Shown in pieces: positions 1 to 12,320 of a stretch of 64,000 nucleotides of DNA. Each line of letters begins with the position of its first letter. The stretch's first letter is position 1. The stretch is from Eledone cirrhosa. Lineage: Eukaryota. A program made the position numbers and the translations under genes. The stretch covers positions 366,296,001-366,360,000 of the forward strand of contig OZ024741.1 in the NCBI GenBank assembly GCA_964016885.1. The letters are read 5' to 3'. The notes below the pieces were generated by a model. That model was given only the letters and a program-made list of their open reading frames with translations. It was not told where the DNA came from and searched no databases.

Positions 1-228
<228 letters not shown>

Positions 229-648
229 TAGACCTGAAAAATGCGCAAGCTCTAAAGAGCCACAGAATGTTATAATAAAAATTCAAAAGTGTGGGACTAG
301 AGTTGTTGCTCAAAAATATTGTAAAATCAAAAATATCTATCGTACACTCTGTATAAAAAAGAGACTCATAACGAACTCAAAACGACACGATCATTATTTA
401 AGCTAATGTTCAATATCTCATATTAGATGTTTAGTAATGATTAATACGAAATACACTTAAACCGAATTCTATATTATAAATTCACTTAAATAATTACCTT
501 TTTTTTTTTCTCAAGGAGTTAAGCGACCTTTTAACATTATTATTGTAAGCTGACCACCCTAAACACTAAAACACCAGTCTTCACTTCAGGAACTCATATA
601 TTCAAACACACATACCCACATGCACATCGATATATATATGTGTGTGTG

Positions 649-797
<149 letters not shown>

Positions 798-887
798 GCA
801 AAAGTTTTATTTAAAATTGTTGGGTTACAACGAGTAAATATTTTATAACTGATATAAAAGCACTCAACAGGTTTTGGAGTAGGTTTA

Positions 888-1282
888 CGATATTAAACAA
901 ATGGAAACTATATTTATAAAACCATATTTATTTCATTATATATATTTCAGGGATATCATATTAAAAATATGGTATGCCTTCCTCAGACAAAATACAATAT
1001 ATAAGCCGTTTTATAAATAAATTTGACATACCTTAAAATAATGCAACTTCCATTTAAAAAGTTGATTTGGTAGTGAAACTGTTAAGGACAGTTATAAAGA
1101 AAGACGAAGAAAAACGAAGAGAAAAAACGAAGAGAAAAAAGAAAAAAAGAAGGAAAGTGTATAGTGCTAAGGACGAAGAGAAGAAGAAAGAGAGTGTATA
1201 GTGCTAAGGACAGTTAGAGAAGAAGATGAAGAGATGTATGTAAAGAAAAACAACAGAGCGAGATAGAGAGAGAAGGAGATAT
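888..1282 (-). repeat. Inverted copy of the element 3' end (pseudo-LTR); partner at 3823-4217
   Basis: Reverse-complement match over 395 bp with one substitution seen. Confidence 0.95.
929..994 (-). ncRNA. Hammerhead ribozyme, inverted copy of 4111-4176
   Basis: Identical sequence inside the inverted pseudo-LTR. Confidence 0.85.
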
Positions 1283-1347
1283 TACTATGGGAAGAAGATG
1301 AAGAGATGTATGTAAAGAAAAACAACAGAGCGAGATAGAGAGAGAAG

Positions 1348-2622
1348 TTCGACATTACTATGGGATCATCAGACTCAGCTCAGGTAACGGACCTTGTGGG
1401 CCTATTTATAATTAATTCGCAGCATAGGAAAATACCCGGTGTTACCGGAGGATTATATAGAGATGACATGCTTTTACTTATTGAAAATAATAACTCTGAA
1501 CTAAATAGAAAAAGAAAACAAATTATACAATTTTTTAATTACCTTAATCTAAAAATAGAAATTGAGAATAACCATAGAATAGTCAATTTCCTAGACGTAA
1601 CATTAAATCTCAACACATGTCTTCACTATCCATTTCACAAGTTAAATGAAAACTTGAATTATGTCAATTTTAGCTCCAATCACCCCAGATCTGTCAAAAA
1701 TACTATAGTGAACTCTGTTCAAAAACGTATCTCTAGAATCTCATCCAATAAAACTATTTTTGACGAAAAAGCCCAGTATTATAATGAAGCGTTAGCTAGA
1801 GCAGGATATAGTGATAAAATTATGTACATCGATAATAGACAAACTAACCAAAATAACAACAATTTTAATTACGGTAACAACTTTAACAACTATAATAGAA
1901 AGCATTACAATAATTCCAAAAACCAGAAAAGAAATAGAACTAGAAATATAATATGGTTTGCCCCCCCTTTCTCACTAAACATTAAAACCCACATCGCTAA
2001 ACTATTTTTTAATGCTCTTGACAAACGCTTCCCTAGAACACATAAGTATCACTCAATTTTCAATAGACATACTATAAAATTAACATACTCGTCCACCAAA
2101 AATTTAGCACAAAATATTAATAGAATAAATAATAGGAATCTAAAACCTAGCCAAAATACCGAAAATAGCCTAAACAATATTCAAGTAAACAACTGTAACT
2201 GTAGAGATAGATCTAAATGTCCGCTAAATAACAATTGCTTAGTTAAAAATATAATATACAACTGTAATGTTAAAACTGACTTTAATTCTTTTAATTATGT
2301 TGGTTCCACCTCGACAGAATTTAAACTTCGCTATAATAATCACAAGAATTCTTTCACGGATCCAAATATAAAATCTTCAACATCACTATCAGGCTTACTC
2401 TGGCAACTTAAACACGATAACGTTGGATATTCGATGGTTTGGAATATAGTATCAAAAGGGATTCCTTTTAATTCCTCCTCTGAGACATGTGACCTCTGCG
2501 CGGAGGAGATATTCTTTATACTAAAATCTAAAAATGCCCTTAATTTACGGACCAATTTATTCAGCTGCTGCAGACATAGATTGAACTCAACTTTTAAATA
2601 TAAATATAAATTTAAAATGTAG
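1348..2622 (+). CDS. Penelope-like (Naiad) RT C-terminal half plus GIY-YIG endonuclease, 5'-truncated
   Basis: FDITMGSSDSAQ, GLYRDD, VNFLDVTL, SNHP, IIWFAPPFS, CNC-x5-CPL-x3-C linker, IIY...YVGSTSTEFKLRYNNH, CDLC..E, CRH. Homology starts at 1348, before the called Met at 1360. Confidence 0.93.
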   Translation, partial: FDITMGSSDSAQVTDLVGLFIINSQHRKIPGVTGGLYRDDMLLLIENNNSELNRKRKQIIQFFNYLNLKIEIENNHRIVNFLDVTLNLNTCLHYPFHKLNENLNYVNFSSNHPRSVKNTIVNSVQKRISRISSNKTIFDEKAQYYNEALARAGYSDKIMYIDNRQTNQNNNNFNYGNNFNNYNRKHYNNSKNQKRNRTRNIIWFAPPFSLNIKTHIAKLFFNALDKRFPRTHKYHSIFNRHTIKLTYSSTKNLAQNINRINNRNLKPSQNTENSLNNIQVNNCNCRDRSKCPLNNNCLVKNIIYNCNVKTDFNSFNYVGSTSTEFKLRYNNHKNSFTDPNIKSSTSLSGLLWQLKHDNVGYSMVWNIVSKGIPFNSSSETCDLCAEEIFFILKSKNALNLRTNLFSCCRHRLNSTFKYKYKFKM

Positions 2623-4110
2623 TATATTTACTTAAGATGTTTAACTATTTATGAAACTTGGCGATAAATCTTTCGATTCCTTTAATTTTTTTTAAAACCT
2701 TTCTGCATGAATATATAATTAATGAGATTAATTAAACTACCCTAAAATGGCGATGTTCCCAATCTATTGAATAAATTGTTAAGCTAGATAAACTTCTATA
2801 ATAAATATAAGAGCATTTGTAGAATAAGTTTTTGAATGATTTCTGCTAAATAAGTTTTGTTGGACAATTTTGGTTTTTGTTTGCTTTTGATTCTGATTGC
2901 TTCTAATGAACTTGACAATATGTTGTCAAATAAATTGGAAGGGTGGTTTTATGTGATTGATATGCGTGGCATACTATGTTCTCTTACGTCCCTAGATACT
3001 CTGGGGAGTGACGAAGATATTCTTGGCGTTTTTAATTTTTAATATATTGATATCTGTTGTCTATTCTATGCTTGAACGATAATCATGTAAGTGAGGGCAA
3101 GAATATTACTATTAATATTAATGTATATTTTATGTCTATATATATATGTATGTACATATATATATGGTGGAATCTTTTGTAACGCAATGAAGATTTTCAT
3201 GAAAAATAAGAATTTGCAGAGCAGATCACGTAAGTTCACATGTGTGTATATAATTGTCAACTTGAATTTGAGATAACCTTCTCTTTTTCTCTTTTTCCTT
3301 TTTTCATGAAAATGCATATATACTTATGTATTTTTGAAGTTTTGTCTCAGATTTTGCTTATAAACCTAAGAATTTTTAAACTAAACATGGGGTCATTATT
3401 TTTTTCACACATTATGGATATGTGTCTCATTCATGAATATTGATATTTACATTATAATACCTAATTCATAAAAATTGATAATTCAAATGGATGAGACATA
3501 ATATTTTAAATATATCATCTTTCTTTCTTTTTCTCCTCTACACTTGACGGGATTTATGTGTCGGCTGTTTTAACTGTATCTCTCCCACCTCGTATGATAG
3601 ATATTTACTCGATCTACCTCTTTTCTCCCACCACCTATATCTCTCTCTACCTCTCTTTATTTATCTATTTATTTCTCTCCGTATCCTTAACACTATAACT
3701 AAATAAATAAATAAATAAATAATTACAGTACCCCCTTCCCTCCTTAACCTCTCACTGTACGCTGACCATCTGTCCCCAAGCTGCCTACCATTTTTCACTT
3801 CCTCAATATATTTCTCTCTCCCATATCTCCTTCTGTCTCTATCTCGCTCTGTTGTTTTTCTTTACATACATCTCTTCATCTTCTTCTCTAACTGTCCTTA
3901 GCACTATACACTCTCTTTCTTCTTCTCTTCGTCCTTAGCACTATACACTTTCCTTCTTTTTTTCTTTTTTCTCTTCGTTTTTTCTCTTCGTTTTTCTTCG
4001 TCTTTCTTTATAACTGTCCTTAACAGTTTCACTACCAAATCAACTTTTTAAATGGAAGTTGCATTATTTTAAGGTATGTCAAATTTATTTATAAAACGGC
4101 TTATATATTG

Positions 4111-4176
4111 TATTTTGTCTGAGGAAGGCATACCATATTTTTAATATGATATCCCTGAAATATATATAATGAAATA
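4111..4176 (+). ncRNA. Type I minimal hammerhead ribozyme
   Basis: TATTTTGT-CTGAGGA-[AGGcATAcCATATT ttt AATATGaTATcCCT]-GAAA-TATATA-TA-ATGAAATA. Stem I is 8 bp with 2 GU pairs and stem III is palindromic. Predicted cleavage after 4168; AATAAA follows. Confidence 0.85.
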
Positions 4177-4216
4177 AATATGGTTTTATAAATATAGTTT
4201 CCATTTGTTTAATATC

Positions 4217-4300
<84 letters not shown>

Positions 4301-4508
4301 GTATATATATGTGTATATATATATGTATACATCCACATAAAGCTGCGCCAAGCATATATACACATCAACACACATGTTATAGCCATAATGAAATCAGTGT
4401 GCTTCAGAGAATTTACTGAGTTCCTAACGCCGATTCGTTTGGACTATGCGTGCTGTTTAACTAGATGCCACTGCCGAATACTAATTTAGATAATATCTTT
4501 CGCATGTA

Positions 4509-4566
<58 letters not shown>

Positions 4567-4855
4567 CTATAAAGTATGTCCATAGAATCATTTGATAATA
4601 TATATACACCATTTCTTCTCCCAATTAGCATAATCAACCACACAAAAAACCAATTAAACCAGGCTATAAGATTAAAAGGCACCTAGGAAGAAATAATAGA
4701 TAAATAAACGACACCAATCTATTCGCGATCAACCGCTATGGAATATTTACCCAACATTTTAATAGCACGTGGAAATCGATTAAATATACCGTCAACCATA
4801 CACAATTAGGTATAAAATTAAAGTTAGAAGAAAAAATGCATATACACATACCAGG

Positions 4856-4887
<32 letters not shown>

Positions 4888-5065
4888 ATTTATGTATACT
4901 TGTATGTATGTATGTAGCAATGTATGTATATATGGATGGAAGGATAGATGTGTGTATGTATGTATGAACGTGTGTATGTATGAACGTGTGTATGCATGTA
5001 TGCATGTATGCATGTATGTGTCCTCCACATCAGTTTTATATGTTTATTCCTACAGTTACCTTTTC

Positions 5066-5335
5066 TACTGATTGCATAGCATAGTGCTCTGGTCATTACA
5101 CCATGCCTCATAATATCGTGATGACATTTTCGGACAGCTGCTTATGATGTGTGTGACATCTTCGATGTTTATTCCACAAAGTCTGCATCTGTTGTCACAA
5201 TTAAGCCTTTTGTCTGCATCCCTATCTTTTGGGAGCATTAGGTAGTGCGTTTCTATTTCCTGCTCTTGTATTGCAAAAGTATATCATTCAAAATGCGAGC
5301 CAATATACCGGTTGTTGGTTAGACTGCTTGGCTTA
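5066..5335 (-). pseudogene. R4/Dong-like LINE fragment (CCHC knuckle region)
   Basis: Manual translation: SHFE*YTFAIQEQEIETH...CRLCGINIEDVTHIISSCPKMSSRYY..MRHGV, with stops and frameshifts. Confidence 0.75.
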
Positions 5336-5337
5336 AC

Positions 5338-5935
5338 TATATTACATGCACTCTGAAGCTTTCTGGCCTATACATAGGCGAGACAGCTCGAAGCATAGGA
5401 GAGAGAATAGACCAACACTTGGGGTGGAATTAAAAGGACAAAAAACGGTTCAGTACTATACGAACACGCCAGACAACAACATGACGGTAACATAGAAATT
5501 AAAATAATATCTAAACATAGAAATGACCCAGCAGGTAGGCAAATCATAGAGGCAAGCGAAATAGAGCTTAGAAAGCCAAAGCTAAACAGAAAAAATGATT
5601 GGAATAACAACACCCAAACAAACAATACTGACTTAAGAGAAATATAATTAAATAAATAAATAAATATATATACAAGCACAATAACAACAAACACATATAA
5701 ACACACACTAATAAACTAAGATAGAATACAATAACCAAAGCACAGTCACCCAAACGCGAACACACACGCCAAATACTATACACACAAGCAAACGCATGCG
5801 CAGAGAAGAAGACAAAAATAAATAAATAAATAAACAGATAAAATAAAAATGGCGTAGACATACAATACAACAGGAGGAAACAAAATAGTACCAGTGATGA
5901 TGTTGCAGATGTGCAACGAAAGAACTTTGTTAGAC
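5338..5935 (+). pseudogene. Penelope-like GIY-YIG remnant (non-Naiad, Nematis-like) with 3' UTR
   Basis: Manual translation: YITC...YIGETARSIGERIDQH / SVLYEHARQQH...RQIIEASEIELRKPKLNRKNDW. A degenerate hammerhead-like GTGATGA-T-GTTGCA..TGCAAC-GAAA lies at 5894-5921. Confidence 0.75.
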
Positions 5936-6577
5936 TATATATATGTATTTATATCTGTATTTTTGACCGTTGGTCAATCAATGATAAACATTGATTGCCG
6001 AATGAATTAACTATGGAGATATAAAAGATGCAGAAGCGAAACCCAACCAAACAGTGACTGTGTTCAGTTATTATTTCTGGCAATATTATTACAACAATAT
6101 GACCCTCCCCAAGTATAAAAAATATCTGTTTCGACACACGACACACATATCAAAAACCTCGCAAAAAAAAAAACATATATATATAGAGAGATATATAGAT
6201 TGGCCTGTACGTTTGTATGTAATACAAAATGCAAATATATATTGTTACTTTTGCTTCAATATATATTACTCCATGAGTTTGTGAGCATATTTTTGAGAAG
6301 GGCCTATGAGAGTGTAATCCTATAAGAGTGTAAAAAATTATTTGTATAATTATTTGCATTTCTTGTAACAGTATTATTTAAAGTGGATTATTGCTGACTG
6401 ATTACATATCTCGTCTGATGTTACGACATGTTGTTTAACGCCCACTGGCGGAGAGTCCATTATAAGGACCATTCATAAAGGATATTCAACAATAAAGAGA
6501 CGCATTCATGATGGAAGTCTTTGGAGTTACTTTTCTTTTATTCTTCAGTTTACATTATAATTAATTATATTATATGT

Positions 6578-6797
6578 GAAGGCGCGTGGCTGATTGGTTA
6601 GAGAACTGGATTCGCGATCGTGAGGTTGTCTGTTCGATTCCTGGACCGGGTGATGCGTTATGTCCTTGAGCAAGACACTTTATTTCACGTTGCTCCTTCT
6701 ACCTGGAGTTGCGACCGATAGATAGTATTAGCAATCTGAAAGACCAACGGAAACATCGTTTTCTCGATCCGATTTGACAAAGGTCGATCGACGCTCT
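6578..6797 (+). mobile_element. tRNA-derived SINE (family B)
   Basis: A-box TGGCTGATTGG, B-box GTTCGATTCC, core GTCCTTGAGCAAGACACTTTAT. Body repeated at 49424-49580 and tail at 21252-21330. Confidence 0.75.
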
Positions 6798-7159
6798 ATA
6801 TATATGTGTGTGTGTCCACTCCCCCCCCCCCCTCTCTCCCTGCCTCTCTTTCTCTCTGTTTACACATTTAGAACATCTAGAAAATAACTGAACACAACCT
6901 AGAAAATAATGTAATAAACACCAATAAACAGAAAAAGTGCCGCTACCGAGAATTTCGTCAGAGAATTCCATTGTCTGTAGTAGTTAATAGCCACCCATTC
7001 CGTTTATTTTACCCGATTTTCTATAATCTGATCACAGACATATTCGTACATTTCTAAGCATTTCAACTCACTCGACACTCCACTATTTATTTACTATAAA
7101 TATATATATAGAAACTGAAGAATAGCATATACATATAGATATATATATATGTATATATA

Positions 7160-7475
7160 CAATTGACCCCGGTATTCGCGGAGGTTACGTCCCTAGAGCA
7201 CCGCAAAGAGTGAAAAGCCACGTATATTGGACGTGGTCCATAAAAATGACTTTAAACGTCAAAATATAACATAAAATATAGGCCGCTAAGTACGGTATAT
7301 TGTTGTTAATAATTTAGCGTTAAAAAGCGTGAAAAAAATATATATTGCCACGAAAAAAGTCATGAAATATCGCGGGAAATATTTAGGATTCCATGAATAT
7401 GCGGTGCTTTCCACGATCAATTATTTGTTTAGGTTCTAAGGAAATTTCCGCGAATAACCGGAACTGCGAATGCTG
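7160..7475. mobile_element. Tigger/pogo-like MITE remnant
   Basis: TA|CAATTGACCCCGGTATTCGCGGA left end and complementary TCCGCGAATAACCGG near 7447; right terminus incomplete. Confidence 0.45.
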
Positions 7476-7488
7476 TGGTTATTTTCTC

Positions 7489-7583
<95 letters not shown>

Positions 7584-7585
<2 letters not shown>

Positions 7586-7730
7586 AGAGCGGGTAAAATT
7601 CCCGAGATCCATGAACAAGTTCTCTCCAGCGGTCTCTGTCCCTCATTATCGCTGCCATGTCCTGCGTCTCCAACAGACCAGTGTCTGTCCTTAGGGCATC
7701 AACATACGTTAACCTTGGTCTTCCTCTTCC
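7584..7730 (-). pseudogene. RTE-clade LINE 3' end
   Basis: GRGRPRLTYVDALRTDTGL...MRDRDRWRELV...* running into (TA)n. Confidence 0.75.
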
Positions 7731-7943
7731 AGTGTGTTCACAATATATATATATATATATTCATTATTAATGAGTGTCGTTACTCTAGAGTTTCACGTGC
7801 GCATTCACAGGATGAAGAGATTGAGCAGGTGGGACTCCAGGGTACAAGACTCACTACTTAATCATAAAAAGTGAATATTTAAACTCTACTTCACTTCAAT
7901 ATTGAGTACTCTTTTTCCCGTCCGTCAGCCCCATGCACACACT

Positions 7944-7994
<51 letters not shown>

Positions 7995-8288
7995 ATGTGC
8001 AATTTCTGGACTCAGTCCAGAAACAGCCGTCGAAACGGCTTGAGCTCTGCCGTTGGGGTCTTGAACATTTTCCTATTACCCACTCTACTACCCTAAGTAT
8101 TGAGTACTCTGGCGCGTTATGGTTCACCTGGTTCCTTACCACACTTCCTTCGTTATATATATATATTGTTTAATCTACAGGTTTAAACAGTTCTAGTCTT
8201 TTAGAAGCCATTTCTATATTAAAGATTATATGCTCTACTATGTATTGAGTACCTTACTTACTGTGTTACCCCCGATTGAACCCGAGAT

Positions 8289-8377
<89 letters not shown>

Positions 8378-8437
8378 CACGTATATATATATATAAATAT
8401 ATATATACGTATATATATATATAAATATATATATACG

Positions 8438-8479
<42 letters not shown>

Positions 8480-8492
8480 CGTATATATATAC

Positions 8493-8572
<80 letters not shown>

Positions 8573-8586
8573 GTATATATATATAC

Positions 8587-8729
<143 letters not shown>

Positions 8730-8749
8730 CACATACACATATACACATA

Positions 8750-9549
8750 TATAAAAGAAATATACAATATACTAAAAATATACATATAACGTCACAGAGA
8801 TATATAAGAAGAAGGGACGTGTATGCGTATGAGATAGTACACAGGAGAAATATGAGATATACACTTGGACCTGTATACGGAAAATATAATGTTTTACGAA
8901 ATGGAATACGTGGAGAGTATGGCATTTCTGTTGAAAAGGTACACATGCTTGGGGGTGCGTAGACCGGCCATACTGGAGTATGTTATTGTGGTTGAGGTAT
9001 ATTGTCCTCTAGGTGTAAGGTGTTTGACTGAATGTCAGTGGAATCCGGGTAAACCTGTCCCGGCTCAGGCGATGTTCTTTCCTAGGGTGACGTGCAGAGT
9101 CGGGTGTGCATCCAGGGTTATTATGGTTTACCCCACGGGGCATATACTGTCATCAGGCTAAGGTGTCTGAACTCTTGAACCCGTATCGCCGCACTGGTGG
9201 GCGTGCGCTCTTCCGCATGCCTTTAGCTTGGGCTTCCCGGTGGATTCCATGCAGAGAGTGTGCACCTTCTCTGGTGTCTGCACATCATGATTATTTCCGA
9301 TTTCAGGTTGACCGCATCATCCTTCAGTCTGCCTAACTCCAATGCATCGTATAGGCATAGGCTACACTTTCAACTTCCAGCCGAGTATGCATTCGCGTGC
9401 CGAACGATACTCCCGTCAAGGGCATGTGGGGTGCCCTTGTCTTTCAATTCCCATACCAGGTCCGCTAGCCTAGTAGAGTGCTTCTTACTCCGGTCCTTCA
9501 AAGAGTCCGTGTGGTTTTACATCCGCGATGTAAATGTCGTGGATGTAAG
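8750..9549 (-). pseudogene. Degenerate Naiad GIY-YIG C-terminus (9223-9549) plus 3' UTR
   Basis: Manual translation: TSTTFTSRM*NHTDSL...STRLADLVWELKDKG...AYSAGS*KCSLC...NLKSEIIMMCRHQRR, which aligns with the Naiad ORFs in this window. Confidence 0.8.
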
Positions 9550-9964
9550 AGTGTATATAAGCCAGTGTGTGTGTGTACGGGCACCCACTGTAGGGATAAG
9601 CCTGTTTGTGTGTATATATATGTATATATATATGTGTGTTTGTGTGTATATATATGTATATATATAGGTGTGTGTGTGTTTGTGAGCGAGTCTGTATTTG
9701 TGCCTGTATATACGGACACGTGTGTGTATGTGCGTGCGTGTCTATGTATATGTCTGTACGTATTTGTGTATACGAGTAAATATACGCGTATGCATGTGTG
9801 TTGATGTACGTGGGCATGCGGGCAGACGACTGTGTTTGTGTATGTTTATAGGTTTATATGTTCTACTTAAGTGCGTATGTATAGCGGGAGCATATGCGTA
9901 CGGATGTTGTCATCTATGTGATTGTGTGTGTGTGTGTGTGTATGTGTGTGTGTGTGTGCGCGCG

Positions 9965-10366
9965 TGGACGGGTGAACTACCTAACTCTGCAGTAATTCAT
10001 CGAGGTGTGGCCGAAAACGGACAGCTGATGGTCAGATGTATCATACCTGTTGGTCAAAATTATGATGACGTAGAAAACAGCAGCCAATAGCAGGACGCGC
10101 GAAGAGGATGTTTTTGACGCTAACACCTCAGTGTGAGAATTTGCTCCGAAATAATTTGACGTGTCCGTCAAACCTGCAGATCCAGAATCAGACAGATCCA
10201 CAGAATGATCGTGTCTCGAGCTGTTCGCCGGCGAAACAATTGTAACACACAATAAATTGAGTTCAGATGCAGCACTGATTTTTCGTTTTACATTATATCA
10301 CACTCTGCTCTGTAAGAACATAGAGTGCTCAACCGGCATACCGTCTATGGAAGCATAGCTACCATC
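9965..10366 (+). mobile_element. Penelope-like 3' end/pseudo-LTR with degenerate hammerhead (10211-10248)
   Basis: GTGT-CT(--)CGA-GCTG ttcgc CGGC-GAAA-CAATTG-TA-ACAC then AATAAA. The downstream part recurs at 49668-49792 (-). Confidence 0.65.
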
Positions 10367-10467
10367 AGACACACATATATATAAGTTATACTGATATCTC
10401 TCCTCCTGTGTAATCGACAAAGGTTTAGTGAAGAAACTGAATATTACTTAATCTATCTGTAAAATAA

Positions 10468-10645
10468 TTGTTTCTACTTTCGGCACAAGGCCAGCAAATA
10501 CCCAGTACATTACTGGTACTTTATTTTATCGACCTCGTAAGGATGAAAGGCAAAGTTAACCTTGGCGGGATTTGAACTCAGATCATAAAGGGACTTAACT
10601 ATGCTGGAAAGCATGTCCAACCCTCTAACAATTCTGCCAATCTAT
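10468..10645 (-). mobile_element. tRNA-derived SINE family A (Meta/MESC-like core)
   Basis: B-box GTTCAAATCC plus GCCTTTCATCCTTACGAGGTCGATAAAATAAAGTACCAG; TSD-like atctatcYgtaaaataat. Confidence 0.85.
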
Positions 10646-12124
10646 CCGTAAAATAATGGGTTATTTTCTATTACGAAATAAATATCGGTCATAACCTCAA
10701 AAGGCAACACTCGTTATTTAATCGAAACTAAATTAGTGACGTGGATATCACACTGCATTCATTCCTACTTCTCTATGAATGAATTTGAGTGTATCGATCT
10801 GAACAAAAATTTCTTATAATCGTTAGAACGGCGGACAGAATGTCTTCCAATGTTTAATTATAATCCGTCAGGTTCTGAGTTCAAACCTCGCTGAAGAGGC
10901 TGATTGTTCCTTTTATCCTACATGTCATATATACTTACTATTTCAAAGCTGATTTTTCACACCATCCCCAATCATGTGTTTAGTAACAACGTTTTACGTT
11001 GTGTTCAAAAGACGCTGAAGCCGATTTTGCCTTTCATCTTTTGTGTCGTAGAGTCTATTAATTCGTTCGAAGCTGAATTTTCACACCGTATCTACTATTC
11101 ACAATTTTAGTCGGCATGCGATATTTCAGGGATAAAAATGAATGTAGCAACTAAGATATTTGCGAGATAAAAGGAAGCGAGAAGTAAAATTATTTGATTT
11201 TCGTTGGTCAGCTGATACCAAGTCATAAGACAACATGAAGGTGTCTAACGTTTCATGGGTGGAGATGGGGAGATTTTCTGTAGAAAAGATCAGTTCATCT
11301 GTTAGTGTATGAATAGGAGAGGGAGATAGAGGGAGAGAGAGAGAGAAAGATAAAAAGACAGAGGGAGACTGTTGTGTTTGAGAGTGTTTGTGCATATATA
11401 CGCATGTGTGTGCGAGCGAACGCATATGTGTGTGAATACGAATTTATGCGTATACATATATTATGTGTGTGTGTGTGTCTCTGTGTGTGTGTGTGTGCGT
11501 GCGTGTACGTACGACAAATCCGAATATGCTAAAAGGGTTATATGAAATCATGTCAGTCATATTGAGAAGAATCAGAGAAAGGATCAATGCATTTATATTG
11601 AGAGAATCTTTCTTTCGTAGTTTCTATGAAGCCGCCTTTATATCTGCTATATTTTCCCTCTCAGCCGTAAATCAAAATCAGACATTTCTTTTGTTATAGT
11701 ATTCGTTGGATTTCTATCCCAAAGTGTACAATATGGCAGATATTTATCAAGTATACGTGAGTTCTGTTAGAATTATTAATGAAAAGATAGGGAGATAAAA
11801 TACACACATACAACTAAATATGCTGGCTACTGTTTAAACCTGGTTTCAACTTGGTGAAACTATAAAATACAACTTTTAGCTATACACAGTAAATCAGGTG
11901 CTTGCTTTGACAGTTGCATTCGGGATTTCTGGTTTTGTCATATTTACAAGATCACTACTAGATTAAATGAAACAATACTATTCTCGTTAAGGGCCGAAAT
12001 ACTTGCTTGAGTGGTGTTTATTCTCTGAAGACCTTCAGCTGTCCAGCTCTCCTGAGAGTTTCTTACCACTATATTTTATACAATTAAATAATTTATACTT
12101 AAACATCATTATTAATTTGCCAAG

Positions 12125-12320
12125 AGCGGTGGATGAGCAGTATCGGTAGAGGGTCTGACGTCATGCTTTTCAGCATAGAGTTATGGCCCTTTATGTTCTG
12201 AGTTCAAATCCTGCCAAGGTTAGCTTTGCCTTTCATCCTTACGGCGTCGATAAAATAAAACACCAGTAATGATTTGGGATAATTTCTGGCATTGTGCTAA
12301 AAGTAAAAACAATTATTATT
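12125..12320 (+). mobile_element. SINE family A
   Basis: Same head, core and tail as the other copies. Confidence 0.8.

Larger units (their letters stand above)
798..4217 (+). mobile_element. 5'-truncated Naiad-clade Penelope-like retroelement with inverted pseudo-LTR
   Basis: RT/GIY-YIG ORF 1348-2622, ~1.6 kb 3' UTR with a hammerhead, 395-bp inverted repeat (888-1282 vs 3823-4217), (TA)n on both flanks. Confidence 0.92.

Noticed and set aside
7760-8290. CRISPR-like alternation of repeats and unique spacers
   Set aside because: Repeats are variable-length microsatellites, there are no cas genes, and the context is eukaryotic.
9030-9160. CTGATGA plus long hairpin on the minus strand
   Set aside because: No correctly placed GAAA and no stem I; at best a decayed hammerhead.
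9370-9372. In-frame TGA in a Naiad fragment as possible selenocysteine (some Naiads are selenoproteins)
   Set aside because: It aligns to a non-Cys position, the copy also has a TAA, and no convincing SECIS was seen. The open Naiad ORFs have no in-frame TGA.
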